In this document: positions 52,796-64,000 of the stretch, in pieces
Layout: every line of letters starts with the position of its first letter
Position numbering within the stretch: position 1 is the first letter of the stretch
Origin: Chrysomallon squamiferum
Lineage: Eukaryota > Animalia > Mollusca
Length of the DNA: 64,000 nucleotides
Direction of reading: 5' to 3'
Assembly: GCA_012295275.1 (NCBI GenBank)
Contig: CM022672.1
Location: forward strand, 21,762,001-21,826,000
Translations under genes and position numbers: made by a program
Notes under the pieces: generated by a model
The model's input: only the letters and a program-made list of their open reading frames with translations
What the model was told of the DNA's origin: nothing
The model's database searches: none

Positions 52796-55700
52796 ATGGT
52801 GAGAATGTTGTTTATTTCTCCTTTTAAATCTTTTCATCATTTATTTTCTGTTATCATTCGACGTTTATAAACTAATTATTGTTAATATTCAACATTTTAT
52901 TTATATTTTAATGCCCAAATTTATTTTGAATTATGTGCGTACTACCTGTTTGACGATTTACAATCGGGTTGTTCCTATCGTAGCGGCATAGAATATAACT
53001 TATAAGCCTATTTAAAACTTGGAATAATGTATATATATTTCTATTGTGGAATGTTGAAACGTAAAATTGTCGGGAAACCAACATTATGTTGCCATTTCTG
53101 TTCAATGCGCTTATTGTTTTAATTTTAAGGAATGTCACAAATTGCCAAAGAATCATATTGATAACACTGATAGTATCAGTGATACTGACAGTGATACTAT
53201 GAAGTATGATACAAAAAATCATACATGTAACATTCGTTACATTGATAGTGATACACAATTTACATGACCAAAACACTGACTGTCAGTGAGGTACAGATGT
53301 TGGTCAGAAACATTCACATGGAATGATGGATCAGATGGTTACAGTGATGAACTCGGCATCTGGCATTATGATTATCTTTTATTTTTAGCATATTTGTCTT
53401 GACAATCGTCACAGTGATTGATAACGAAAGTTTCTGAATATATTCATCTGTCATTCCACTCATTGTAACACTATTTTAAATACTCCTGAGGGTCAAGCAG
53501 CGTTGAAACCATATTTTCTTTACTAAATTATTATATCAGCTGACAGTGATGGTGCTTTAGAGCCAGTGACATAATTCTAGACAGTTTGGGAATATGTAGG
53601 TATGTGTATTACTGCCGGAACTGTGTCCGCCATTTTCTGCTATATCCGTGTGACCTGAAAAGAAAATCCCCCAATCCAAGGACTGGTATAGCCAACCAAC
53701 ACTTGGAAGAGAACTTTCCCAATGGAATTCCAGTTTCTTTGGCAAATTTCTTAAATGGTCACGCATTCAATATTGTTTATTTTTGTCTTTCGCTGTGAAA
53801 AAAGCTGTGCGAAGACCTTTAGAGAACTTCAATCATATATCCCCAATAATATTACTGGTCATCAGAGAAATACAGTTTTGAATACATCACAAATTCAGAA
53901 ACTTGTTGACAACACTCTGAACAAGTTCAAGAAACTCAGTGACACAGTGGAATTCAGTATGTTTGATTCCATTTGTTACGAAAGTTTTGATCAGCTGAAC
54001 CTGACCAGTACTATTTCCACAGTTATGTCATGTATTATCCAGCCAGTGGAAGTCCCTCAGGATGATGAAGAAAATGCCATTGTTCTTCCCAGAACCAAGC
54101 CTGTTGCTGTGTCCCCACTGAAAACCAGGCAGATAAGAAAGTGCAATAACTGTGAGAGATATCATGAAAGTTTGCAATTTGCCAAACAGAAAGTGAGAAA
54201 CAGGATCTCTTAAAACGTCAGAATTAAAATCTGCTTATTACTAATTATTTATATTGCACTTTTAATAGCTTGAATTGAGAGAACTAGTTACCATCTATCT
54301 TCAGTCCAAATTTCACTAGTAAAATTTGATTATAAAGAAAGTTACATGCATTTTAGTGAAAAACAATAGGATTTTGGTCACACCATTGTAATGCAAATGC
54401 ATTAAATAATAGAACAATTAATTAGTGTTAATTGAAAACGTTAAAATGCTGTAACTTCCTTAATACTCAACAGAATCACATGATGTTTGTTGTCTTTTAT
54501 AGGGTTTTTAGAGTTCTTTTCAGCAATGTTATTTATGTTGAAGTTGGTAGTGTTTGAATTGTTTGTCCATATACCTAGAATATGGCTAATGTAACATTGC
54601 CAAACAGTTTATGTGAAATTATTTCTCCTAATGTGGACAGACATCTCAGTCACAAACAAGGCAGTTATTAATAGTTATTCTTAAATTTTATCATGACACC
54701 CCCCCCCAAAAAAATGCATGTAACCAATGTATGTATACATATGAATGCAGTTGAAGCAGAAGACGAAATGAGTTGTCTTGTTGTGATATATGATTTGTTA
54801 ATACTATACTCTACAGTAACATTGTTTGTGAAACTAGAGGAAATTAGAAAATATTCTGCCTTTGACAAACACTTGTCATTTTTTGTCATGATGTAGATTG
54901 ATATCTGAAGCAGGCTTTCCTTATGGGGCAAAAAAATAGAAAGGCCGTAGTACATTTCAAATTTGGAGGTGGTTTTCATCAAGTTTTCTGAAATAAAATG
55001 ATAAAATCTTGAGAAATTGATGTATGTAATATATAGTGATTCTTTCTTATAGGCGTTGGTTATACCTGAAAAATTCCAGCACATTTTGCGTGTGATGAAC
55101 ACAAACATTGATGGAAAAACCAAGATTATGTTTGCTATGACATCCATTAAGGTAAGTTTTTCCTTACAAGTGATGTAAATATGTTTAAAGTATGCTAAAT
55201 TGTTACTTCATGAAATCTGAAGATAATGAAGTGTCAATGGATAGGAGTTTTTGGCATGATGAGCAGGATTATTTTGACATACAAATTTCATTAAGTCTTA
55301 AATTTTATCTTTACAACATACAGTAATTCCAAAGTATGCTGCAACTTATCTTTAGTGAACCAAGCTTTTCTTACTTGTGTAGTTTATATACCCATTTTGT
55401 TTTTCATTAATTTTAAGATAGATTTATATTAGTAAGTTATGAGAATGTCTTGTACATAATGCTTACAGAGAAATTTATTTTCTAACATGTTCATTTATAG
55501 AAAGACACTGATAGCAAAACTTGCCTTTTTACAGGGTATTGGTCGCAGATTTTCCAATGTAGTGTGCAAGAAAGCAAACATTGATCTTACCAAGCGTGCT
55601 GGAGAACTGTCTGATGAAGAGGTACAGTTTAATAAATAATGACATGTCTACCAAAGTATTTAATAACAAAACAATCAAGATTTCAGTTATGAAGCTTTTC

Positions 55701-56559
55701 AAATACCTTTCATTTGGTTTAATGTACTCTGGTAATATAATACTGGTTTTAAAAACCATCCTAACTGGATTATAGATCAAATCTATAACATATTTTTGAA
55801 TTGAGCATAAATAATATTCTTTTGTACATTGAATTTTGATTTTGCTGTGTTATTTAATATACATTATGCTGATGTTGATTTATTTATCTTTTAAATAAAA
55901 AGGTTGAGAGAATTATCACAGTAATGTCAAACCCTAGACAGTACAAAATCCCTGACTGGTTCCTCAACAGACAGAAAGATGTGAAAGATGGCAAATATGG
56001 TCAGGTGTTGGCTAACATTTTGGACAATAAACTTCGTGAGGATCTAGAAAGACTGAAAAAGATCAGAGCTCACAGAGGATTAAGACATTTCTGGGGGTAT
56101 GTCTTTGTTGTGCTGTTAAATTGCATTTTAAAAAGGTCCAAAATAGAAAACTGGATTTAATTGTTCATTATTAAAGATTAAAAAAAAAATGTATTAAACT
56201 TAAATATTCTCATAAAATAGGGAGAACTGAAGGTTCATTAACTTAAAAAGATTATAAATATTATGTATTGAAAGAGCTTCTTTCAAGAGAGAATGTCCCA
56301 TGCTGGTTTATTAATTAATGCTCCATGATCTTTGATGAAGAAATGACTATTAAGTCATAAACTGTCAGTAATTTAAGAAAATTAGTTTATGGCAAGTTTG
56401 CACAAAATCAAAGAATGAAAATGACTTATTGTTCTTAAGATTTAAAAGACAGATATAAATTGTAAGTTTTATGTTTATTTCAGCCTCCGAGTTAGAGGTC
56501 AGCACACAAAGACAACAGGTCGTCGTGGCAGAACAGTGGGTGTGGCCAAGAAGAAGTAG
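52796..56559 (+). CDS. RPS18: 40S ribosomal protein S18 (uS13), 152 aa
   Basis: Exons 52796-52798 (ATG only), 55053-55151, 55535-55621, 55903-56096 and 56484-56559 total 459 nt: [65 protein letters not shown]...[17 protein letters not shown]...[35 protein letters not shown]. Confidence 0.98.
53586..54227 (+). pseudogene. Frameshifted Cys-rich (CxxC) ORF in RPS18 intron 1, probably a transposon fragment
   Basis: ORFs 53586-53798 and 53755-54213 join by removing one base near 53787, giving YCRNC...YFC(F/L)RCEK...KCNNCERY followed by a helical, charged tail. No family recognised. Confidence 0.4.
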
Positions 56560-56598
56560 ACATGTCTATATACAAATAACAATTAAAAAAAAGACTTT

Positions 56599-56604
56599 AA
56601 TAAA
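56599..56604 (+). terminator. Polyadenylation signal of RPS18
   Basis: AATAAA about 40 nt after the stop, followed by GT/T-rich sequence. Confidence 0.7.
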
Positions 56605-58447
56605 ATGTGTTGTTACCTTTTTACTGTTACTACAGTTAGTGGAACAACTTGAAAAATTTTAACATCCATTTCACCATTTGTATTTTGAAAACATAAACCC
56701 CCAAAAAGACAGAAAATCTAACAAAACTGGTAAAAAAGGGGAAAGAAATCATGGCCAATTTTTTTTCACAAACTTTTAGATTTGGAAGAATACTGACTTC
56801 GAATTAATAAGGCATTTATTTGATAACCAATTTGAAGACTACTACTGTTAAAACTTTCCTATTATTATTATTTTTTTTTTTTTTTTCCCTATTATGGGTA
56901 ATTTTACACTTGCCAGTTAGAGGGCAAGCAAAATATTTTTGGTGAAATTAGGCTTCTTGGTACATGAAATGATAAAATGACCAGTTCCTTAGATTTGGTG
57001 ACCATGCAGAATAAATGTCTTGCATACTGATATGGGTAACAATAAATTAAAAAAATTCTTTGGGAATGACAAATATTGATATTTTAGTAAATGTTTGTAG
57101 TTATCTAATTCTTGTGAACTAACAAATCATCAGTCCTACAGATGTGCTTTAAAGTACTAGAGTGGAGGCTCAGTCCATTTAACTAAACGTAAAATAGTAA
57201 AACAATAGTAAAACAAATTTGAACAAACAAAGGTTATAAACAACAATCAGTTTGAGATTGTGGTGTACAATATTCGTTTTTTGGCATTGGATAGAATATG
57301 AATAAATTCTGTATCCAACTCTTGAATATCCATCAGACTGAAAGATGCATGATTTCCATATATTTTTTTAAAGGCATAACATTCTATTTCTAGTTATGGA
57401 AAAATTAAATATAGGCTAGTGTTTTCTTAATGTTCTTAATTACCCTTCAGATGCACACTCCCAATATCATAGTCCCAACCAGAGCCATGTGCACCAAAGT
57501 TCAGAATCTGTCAGTATTTTGTGGAAGATGGGAGAATGCAAACCCATTTTTCCTTTTTAAAGAGGTTCATTTTTTTCCAGTGGTGCATCTCATTATACAA
57601 TGGTTAATTATTTGTGTAACTCAATTATAACTGAAACGAATCCAGAGGCATGGAGTAAAAAAAAATCAAGAAAGATACTTTATTATGAGGGGTAGAGTCA
57701 ATCATGATTGTGAAGAAACAGTATACAAGTCTTTCACAGACCAGTTTCCAAGAGCTACTCGATGCAATGCAAAATTTAGTGGACATTATAAATCATCCCA
57801 TATACATGGTTGCTGTTCTTACAAAGTTTATTGACTTGAGTGTAGACCATTCAAATGAACAATAATTTTTGCACATTGGTGAACAATTTAAGTCTTGCAA
57901 TTAAATTCTGTTAATGAAAGTTGTTAGTAAATGTATGTTATGTGAAACGATCCAGTTGAAAATGTGCAATTGTTAGCTGACTTGATGTTTAGAAAGAAAA
58001 TAATTTTTAACAATTTTAAACCAGTTGAACAACTGGTCTAAAGAAACTTTTTTCAAATTATGAAGTTAAAATAAGCAATTGTTCTTTTTAACAACAAAAT
58101 GTCAAAAATGATACATATTGTAACTGGTTTACATTGCTTTTATTATTACATTATAAATAACAAAAATAACTGAAAGCTGCAGATCATCATGTCACTTGTT
58201 GACTATTGCACTTTGAACAATTCTACATGAAGAATACTGAAGTAACAATATTTCTGAAAAACAATTCCAAACCAGTTCCCAGAATGTATTCCCAGTGTGA
58301 AAATACATTATTACTATGTGTTTATTGTGCCTTATAATAATACCATGTATAGTCAGTGATTGAGAAATCCTGAAAACTGAAGTATTGATTGATACAAGTC
58401 TTTCAGTAACATCACATGTATATTTTTTTTTAGTCCCATTAAAATCA

Positions 58448-61400
58448 TCATGATTCTTTGCGTACAAAACGATCTAGTACGTTGAGTCCACGGTTTGCAT
58501 TGTGACTGTCAGTCTTTGCATGTTTCTGCTTTTCTTGGATTGATGTGCGAATGAATTCCCGCTGACTTTCTTCATGCACTCCTTGTTTACGTTTTTCTAC
58601 CTTTGTAGCCTTGCTGCCTCCCTTCTTCTTGTACCTTGGTGTGTATTCGGTTTTCATTGGTTTCAAAAACTGAAGCAAAAAGAAAAGATGAAATTCCATA
58701 ATTTTGAATATTAAAATGTTTTTGTTTTTTTTGAGGTACTGACTATCTCTGGTCTAATTACTAACCTCAACATTTAAATTGTTTATTTTACAGTATAAAA
58801 AAAAAAATGCTTTCCTCATAATTAACTCTGAACTAAGGGTTTCAGTTAAAAATAGTTGTAAAAAAAAAAAAAATATCCTCTTATTTCAAATAAATGGTAA
58901 TATTTTTATTTCTTAGTGTAAGGCTGCAGTCCTCAGGGATAAAAATTAAATAAAATTATGTTATTTACTAATGCTGTTCCATCTCAGATAAATCACTTAA
59001 ATCAACATACCAGTAATTTATTTTTCTCTTCGATTTTCTCTGCAAACATTTTCATGTTCACTTGACCAATTTTAGTTGAATCTAGATGTATCATCTCTGG
59101 TTGTATCTGTAATAAATAAAATCTAGTTAAAACAAATTTAAATTTACAGCATTAAAGAACGCATATTTAAACTAAGTCATCTCTTTAACTGAAACAATTA
59201 AAAAAACAAAAAACCAATTTGTTTAATAGGTGTTAAATCATTAGATGACGAATGGTTTTGAATACACCATCCAGCTGAGGGAAATAGCCAGTGAGTAACA
59301 GAACCAAAATGATGAACTCAGATCATAAAACATGTTTAAAAACCACCATTACACCTGAGATATAAAAACTTTATTCTCTTTTTGATTCAAAGCTTAGACT
59401 TTTAGGAAAGTATTTTGCAGCTCATTTTTTTTTAAACCATAGCCACATGTTACAAAATTTAAAAGGAATGTAATATTGATTTGTATGTTTATTGTCATAT
59501 CTGAGGTATAGGAGAGAAGTTAATTTTATTCATTAAAATTTAAATGTTTTTCAGATTCTAGAAAAAGTATTTTGAGGTTCAATAGTTATAAATTTAACCA
59601 CATGCTACAAATTGTCAAATGTAATAATCATTCATATGTCTTCTGTTACATCATATACATCGAATGTAGTGGAGTGAAATGAATCTTCTTCTTAACATTT
59701 TTCTGAATCTAAACCATATGAAAATTTAACTTTGATGAGTTCTGCCTAGTTACTTCAAAATAAAACCTCCATTTCACACATACCTTATCCAAGAGCATCT
59801 TCACTTCTGCATTTTTCCTTTGTTTTTTAGTCTGATATGGATTTTCCTCCAGTGCGTCAAAGTTCGCCTCACCAGAGCCTTGGAATTATAAAAATTATGT
59901 TAAAATATGTTAAATCAACGTGAAAATTACTGTTTTATATAAGACTAAATTATGAAAACTATAATTTATAAAATAGTAACCAATTATGATGACAAATAAT
60001 GAACTGGGATTCACAGTCAAAATTAAAAAAAAAAAAATACAAAAAATACAAAACAATAATAAAATCAAAATCAAATTACACCAAGACAAAACAAGCTAAG
60101 CCTATCTCTGGTTAACTTCACTCTAACTTAACTCTGTTAACTAATTCCTATTACTTATGTGTGTGTACCATTATTTCAGAGGTTTAATTTTTATATCAGA
60201 ACAAATATAAAAAAGTAATTTAAATTTATTCACTGTCACATGAAACCCGTACTCCAAAATACTAAAAAACAAAAAATAACAACAAACACTCCATTAATTT
60301 CAATACCCATTCAGTGTAAACCTACCTGGTATCAACAGACTTGTGAATCCATTCCCATGACTGACTCCAAGAACATCTTCATAAGGACAGAACTCAGTTC
60401 CGTACACAGACGATCCAAGTCTGTGACACATGTATGGAGAGGTCACAGATCTGCGACAACAATCATCAAACACCTGCAAGATACAGTGTATAGAAAACAG
60501 TTACTAAACATTATTTGAATTTTAATACTTAGAATTCAAAATCACTGTAATAATGCTAAACCCTTTCACTGGAAAGCAGATGTATCCACTCAATCATTTA
60601 TCATGTTATCTGCGGAAAGCAGATTTACTCAATCACTTTAAAAAGAACCATTACACTGTGAGAAGCAGACAAATATCCAGAGATTCTCAAACATCATATC
60701 ATCCTGTATGTTCTGCCATCTGTGTGTAGCAGCACAAATACAAGTCATGTTCATGTTTAATTATGCAGTGGAAACATTAAAATATTTTTAAAATTTGTGC
60801 ATATAAAAAAAATAATCAAAAAAGTATATAAATAAATAAATTGGTAATAAATTATATACTACAGATAAAAGTTACCTGTACAACATTTCCAATGCCTGCA
60901 ACCAACATCTCCCTCTGTGAGAAAGCAAGAGAGGTAGCTGCTGCTGCTATTTTGTAAGACTGCAACAGCTGGTAAGTGCGAAGATCCCATATCTTGAGTT
61001 TCCTGTCAATCCCTGAGGTGGCCATGTATCTAACAGAGAAGATTCATATGTCATAAATTAATACTGGAGATATGGTTGGAGTTATATATGTACAAATTAC
61101 AATTTTGTTTTGTTTTATTTACTTTAAAAAAAATCTTTCTGTATTAAAAGTTACAAATAATTCATGTAACTTTATTAATGTACAGTTATATTTGGATCTG
61201 AATTGATGTGGTCTTTATAATGATGATGATTTTTGTTAAAACAGTATTTGTAAATAAATTGAGAAATATTATTCACATCTTAATCAAACTTAGGTTTCTC
61301 TTAAAATGATTGTGTATTTTATGTATGTAGTATGTCCATAGCCTATAGATAAATTTATGATTTTATTGAAATAATTTTCTATTTTAACAGAAAAGTATCT

Positions 61401-63502
61401 GTTTGTAGTATGTGTAATAAAATGATTCTGTATTTTAACAGCAAAGTTTCCATGTACCTAGTATATATGTTAAAACATTTTACATTTTAACAGAAAGGTT
61501 TCCATGTACACAGTATGTATATTAAAATGATTCTGCATTTTGATAAAGTTTCCATTACATAGTATGTATATTAAAATGATTTTGCATTTTAATAGAAAAT
61601 ACTTCCATGTACCTAGCATATGCAATAAAAGGATTCTGTATTTTAATAGCAAAGTATCCATGTACCTAGTATATCTGTTAAAATTATTTTCTCTTTTAAC
61701 AGAAAAGTATCTCTGTATATAGTATATATAATAAAACTGGAGCATGACTTATGCACAGAGCTCAATGAAAGCTACAACAAACTGCCACAGAACAAAAACA
61801 ATGTTATTACTGTGATGCTATTTATAAGTTCTGTGTGGTATGTTAAAATGGAATATTCTGATCTGTAATACTGGTAATATTATTTTATTTTCCATCATAC
61901 ATTCAGGAAATATTTTCTCTAACAAGCAGAACATCAGCTGTCAACTTACAATCCTTTTTTGTCAACAGCCACAGACCTGACCCCTGAGCCGTGACACAGC
62001 ATTTTCACCAGCGGCTCTTTGACATTAGGTGACCACAAGGTTACAGTTCCTGAAAAAAAATAAAAAAAAAAAATTGAAACATTTTAATTAAGATAATTCG
62101 TTATTTAAATCTTGTATATTTTACTATTGTGTAACTTGTCTGGAAAGAATTGCATTATCAATCCTGAAAAGAGGCCAGAAACTTTTTAAATTCAAATAAT
62201 TCATTATTTAAATCTCATATTATATGGTTGTGAATTTTGTCTGTGGTGTTACTGCATGCATTTAAATAATATTCTGCATTTGTACCTTATTTTTGGTTGC
62301 TACTTTTTTCTGATTTGAATTTTTTTTAAAAATTCATTGGCTCTCTAATAAAATGTAACATATCTTTTTAAACTTTAAACACACAAAAATGCAAACTTAT
62401 GATTGGAGACAATTGTTAACAAAAATTCACTACAATATGTGTTTTAACCATGCTGCCTTATATTGATCACTGATTGGCTGATTTTCATGGGAAAACAAAT
62501 TACACCAGTGAACATTATTAGAAAATGTTAAACTTTAATGAGTACATATTCTAACTTCAAAATGAACTTAAAATCAGTTTTCTTCCAAATTCATTTCATT
62601 TGGTTCGAACTGTGCAAATTCCTGTTACAAAGACAACAGATACTGAAGAACTTGCCCCTTGCATGTCCGAGGTGTATTATAGCATTGGCTGGGTTTTTAC
62701 ACATGACATCCAGCCTTCCCAGTTTAGTCTTATGTCCTGCAACTGCCTTTCCAACTGATATATCAATGTATGACAAAAAACCTTTAGAACTCTGAAAATT
62801 TCAAACAGATATAAACGAAACAGTCTCTTTAATGAAATCATGCACACACAGCAGCTATTACACATTTTTGTGTAATTTAGAATATTAAATATTCTACATT
62901 CAAACTGGAACTGTGTAAGAGTTTTAATGAAAGAGTAAATTAAACTTTATGATTTCTCTACATTTGATTAATATTTACAGTTCAGTTCTTAAATAAATCT
63001 GTCAGTATGGTGCAGTATCAAATGGCAGCATGATAATTTTTTAACTTGCTTAATAAGAAATAATATTCTAGCACTAATTATTAAATGAACTTTTATATGA
63101 TTATAAACAAAGCTTTTTATATTCAGATAATTTTCTTTCAAGGTTAATAACAGTCACAACAATTAATATAACCATGTATATTACTTCACGTCAAAGTTTA
63201 GTAATACTGATGTTTATGTTGATAGCTTCAACCATTAATATAGCTACATATATTTCTTTCAATTAAAGTTCAGTATTAATTATGCTTATGTTTATAACCA
63301 ACAATGAATATAACCATACTTCAAAATAAATAATTATAGAATTTGACATACAGATGAAGCAAGCAGGAAATGGTATGGAAGGAATTCCATTCTCAAAACA
63401 CTGTCCAGCATTTTCAGACAGTGCAGTTCAATGCCCTGATTGTCGTACATGTATGTCCACTGCTTCTGTGCAACTGCAAACATAGTTTCCTGATGCAACC
63501 AC
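58448..63502 (-). CDS. WDR46: WD repeat-containing protein 46 (BING4/Utp7), 3' exons; 5' part lies right of the window
   Basis: Exons 63352-63502, 62656-62791, 61950-62049, 60876-61029, 60326-60473, 59784-59878, 59011-59106 and 58448-58669 splice in frame: [30 protein letters not shown]...[10 protein letters not shown]...[21 protein letters not shown]...[60 protein letters not shown]...LDRFVRKES* (BING4 C-terminal domain). Confidence 0.96.
61302..61735. repeat. Degenerate minisatellite of about 48-50 bp in a WDR46 intron
   Basis: Unit resembling aaaatgattctgtattttaacagcaaagtttccatgtacctagtatatatgtt, repeated about 8 times. Confidence 0.8.
62050..62655 (-). other. GC-AG intron in WDR46
   Basis: Donor AAGGG|GCAAGT; the join gives the conserved [14 protein letters not shown]. 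Confidence 0.87.
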
Positions 63503-64000
63503 CTAAAACACACACAAGTAAATACAATCAAATATTTAATATTTGATACCATCTAAATAAAAATAATTAAAATTTAAAAAAAAAGAAAACAATATTATTG
63601 GTAATAACTTGTACATGTGTCTTAAACATATTTATGTTGATTTTTTTTCTGTGCTGTATATATATATAAATATATATATTTTTTTAATGTTTTTATGTAT
63701 GAAACAAGTCACAAAAGAAAGGAAAATAGCAGTTTTAAGGAATTTGTTTTTATTATTAAATAAAATCTGAATAGTTCTAAAAAAAGTGAAACTTTTCACA
63801 AACATAAAAAACAACAACTAAATAATGAAAAAAGATAATGTTACTTGTACAATAACAGAAGACAAAATTGTCATCTCATTGTTGTAATTTTACTTAAAAC
63901 ATTAACTTTAAATTTTTTATTAAAACAGTTTCAGAAACTGCCTCTCACTTGACATCATGAGTAGTCTCCATCACATTCATTTCACACAAGAGTTTTTTTG

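Noticed and set aside
56605-58440. Expected B3GALT4 or another gene between RPS18 and WDR46
   Set aside because: No long or recognisable ORF on either strand.
1-64000. Numerous 60-120 aa ORFs rich in F/L/I/Y/C/V/T/H; also CRISPR arrays, tRNA or rRNA genes and prokaryotic systems
   Set aside because: The ORFs come from microsatellites, AT-rich introns or antisense frames of real exons. No repeat-spacer array, cloverleaf, rRNA or operon-like structure was seen; the DNA is eukaryotic.

Overview
AT-rich, microsatellite-rich, intron-containing animal genomic DNA, probably a gastropod mollusc (inferred from composition and a SINE-like repeat recalled from memory). Five genes can be rebuilt exon by exon by hand: the 3' part of ASPM (+, 1287-9325), an HR4/NR6A orphan nuclear receptor (+, about 17254-21700), VPS52 (-, 19 coding exons, 38257-52456), RPS18 (+, 52796-56559) and the 3' part of WDR46 (-, 58448-63502). 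An approximately 12 kb tandem duplicate carries a second open-frame copy of VPS52 exons 8-19, with both breakpoints in GA repeats; it is either a real duplication or an uncollapsed haplotype. Main points of interest: (1) VPS52<-/RPS18->/<-WDR46 has the same order and orientation as the human extended MHC class II region, minus B3GALT4; (2) the large HR4 exon changes reading frame by -1 at CAAAAGATATGA, where the stop of the first frame overlaps an ATG of the second; (3) VPS52 has two GT-AG U12-type introns; (4) ASPM and WDR46 each have a GC-AG intron; (5) a Tc1/mariner deletion derivative is present in one duplicate copy, with a footprint-like remnant at the same site in the other; (6) a candidate in-frame hydrophobic cassette exon lies in ASPM; (7) a frameshifted Zn-finger ORF lies in RPS18 intron 1. 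All coordinates, alignments and folds were done by eye, with no database searches.
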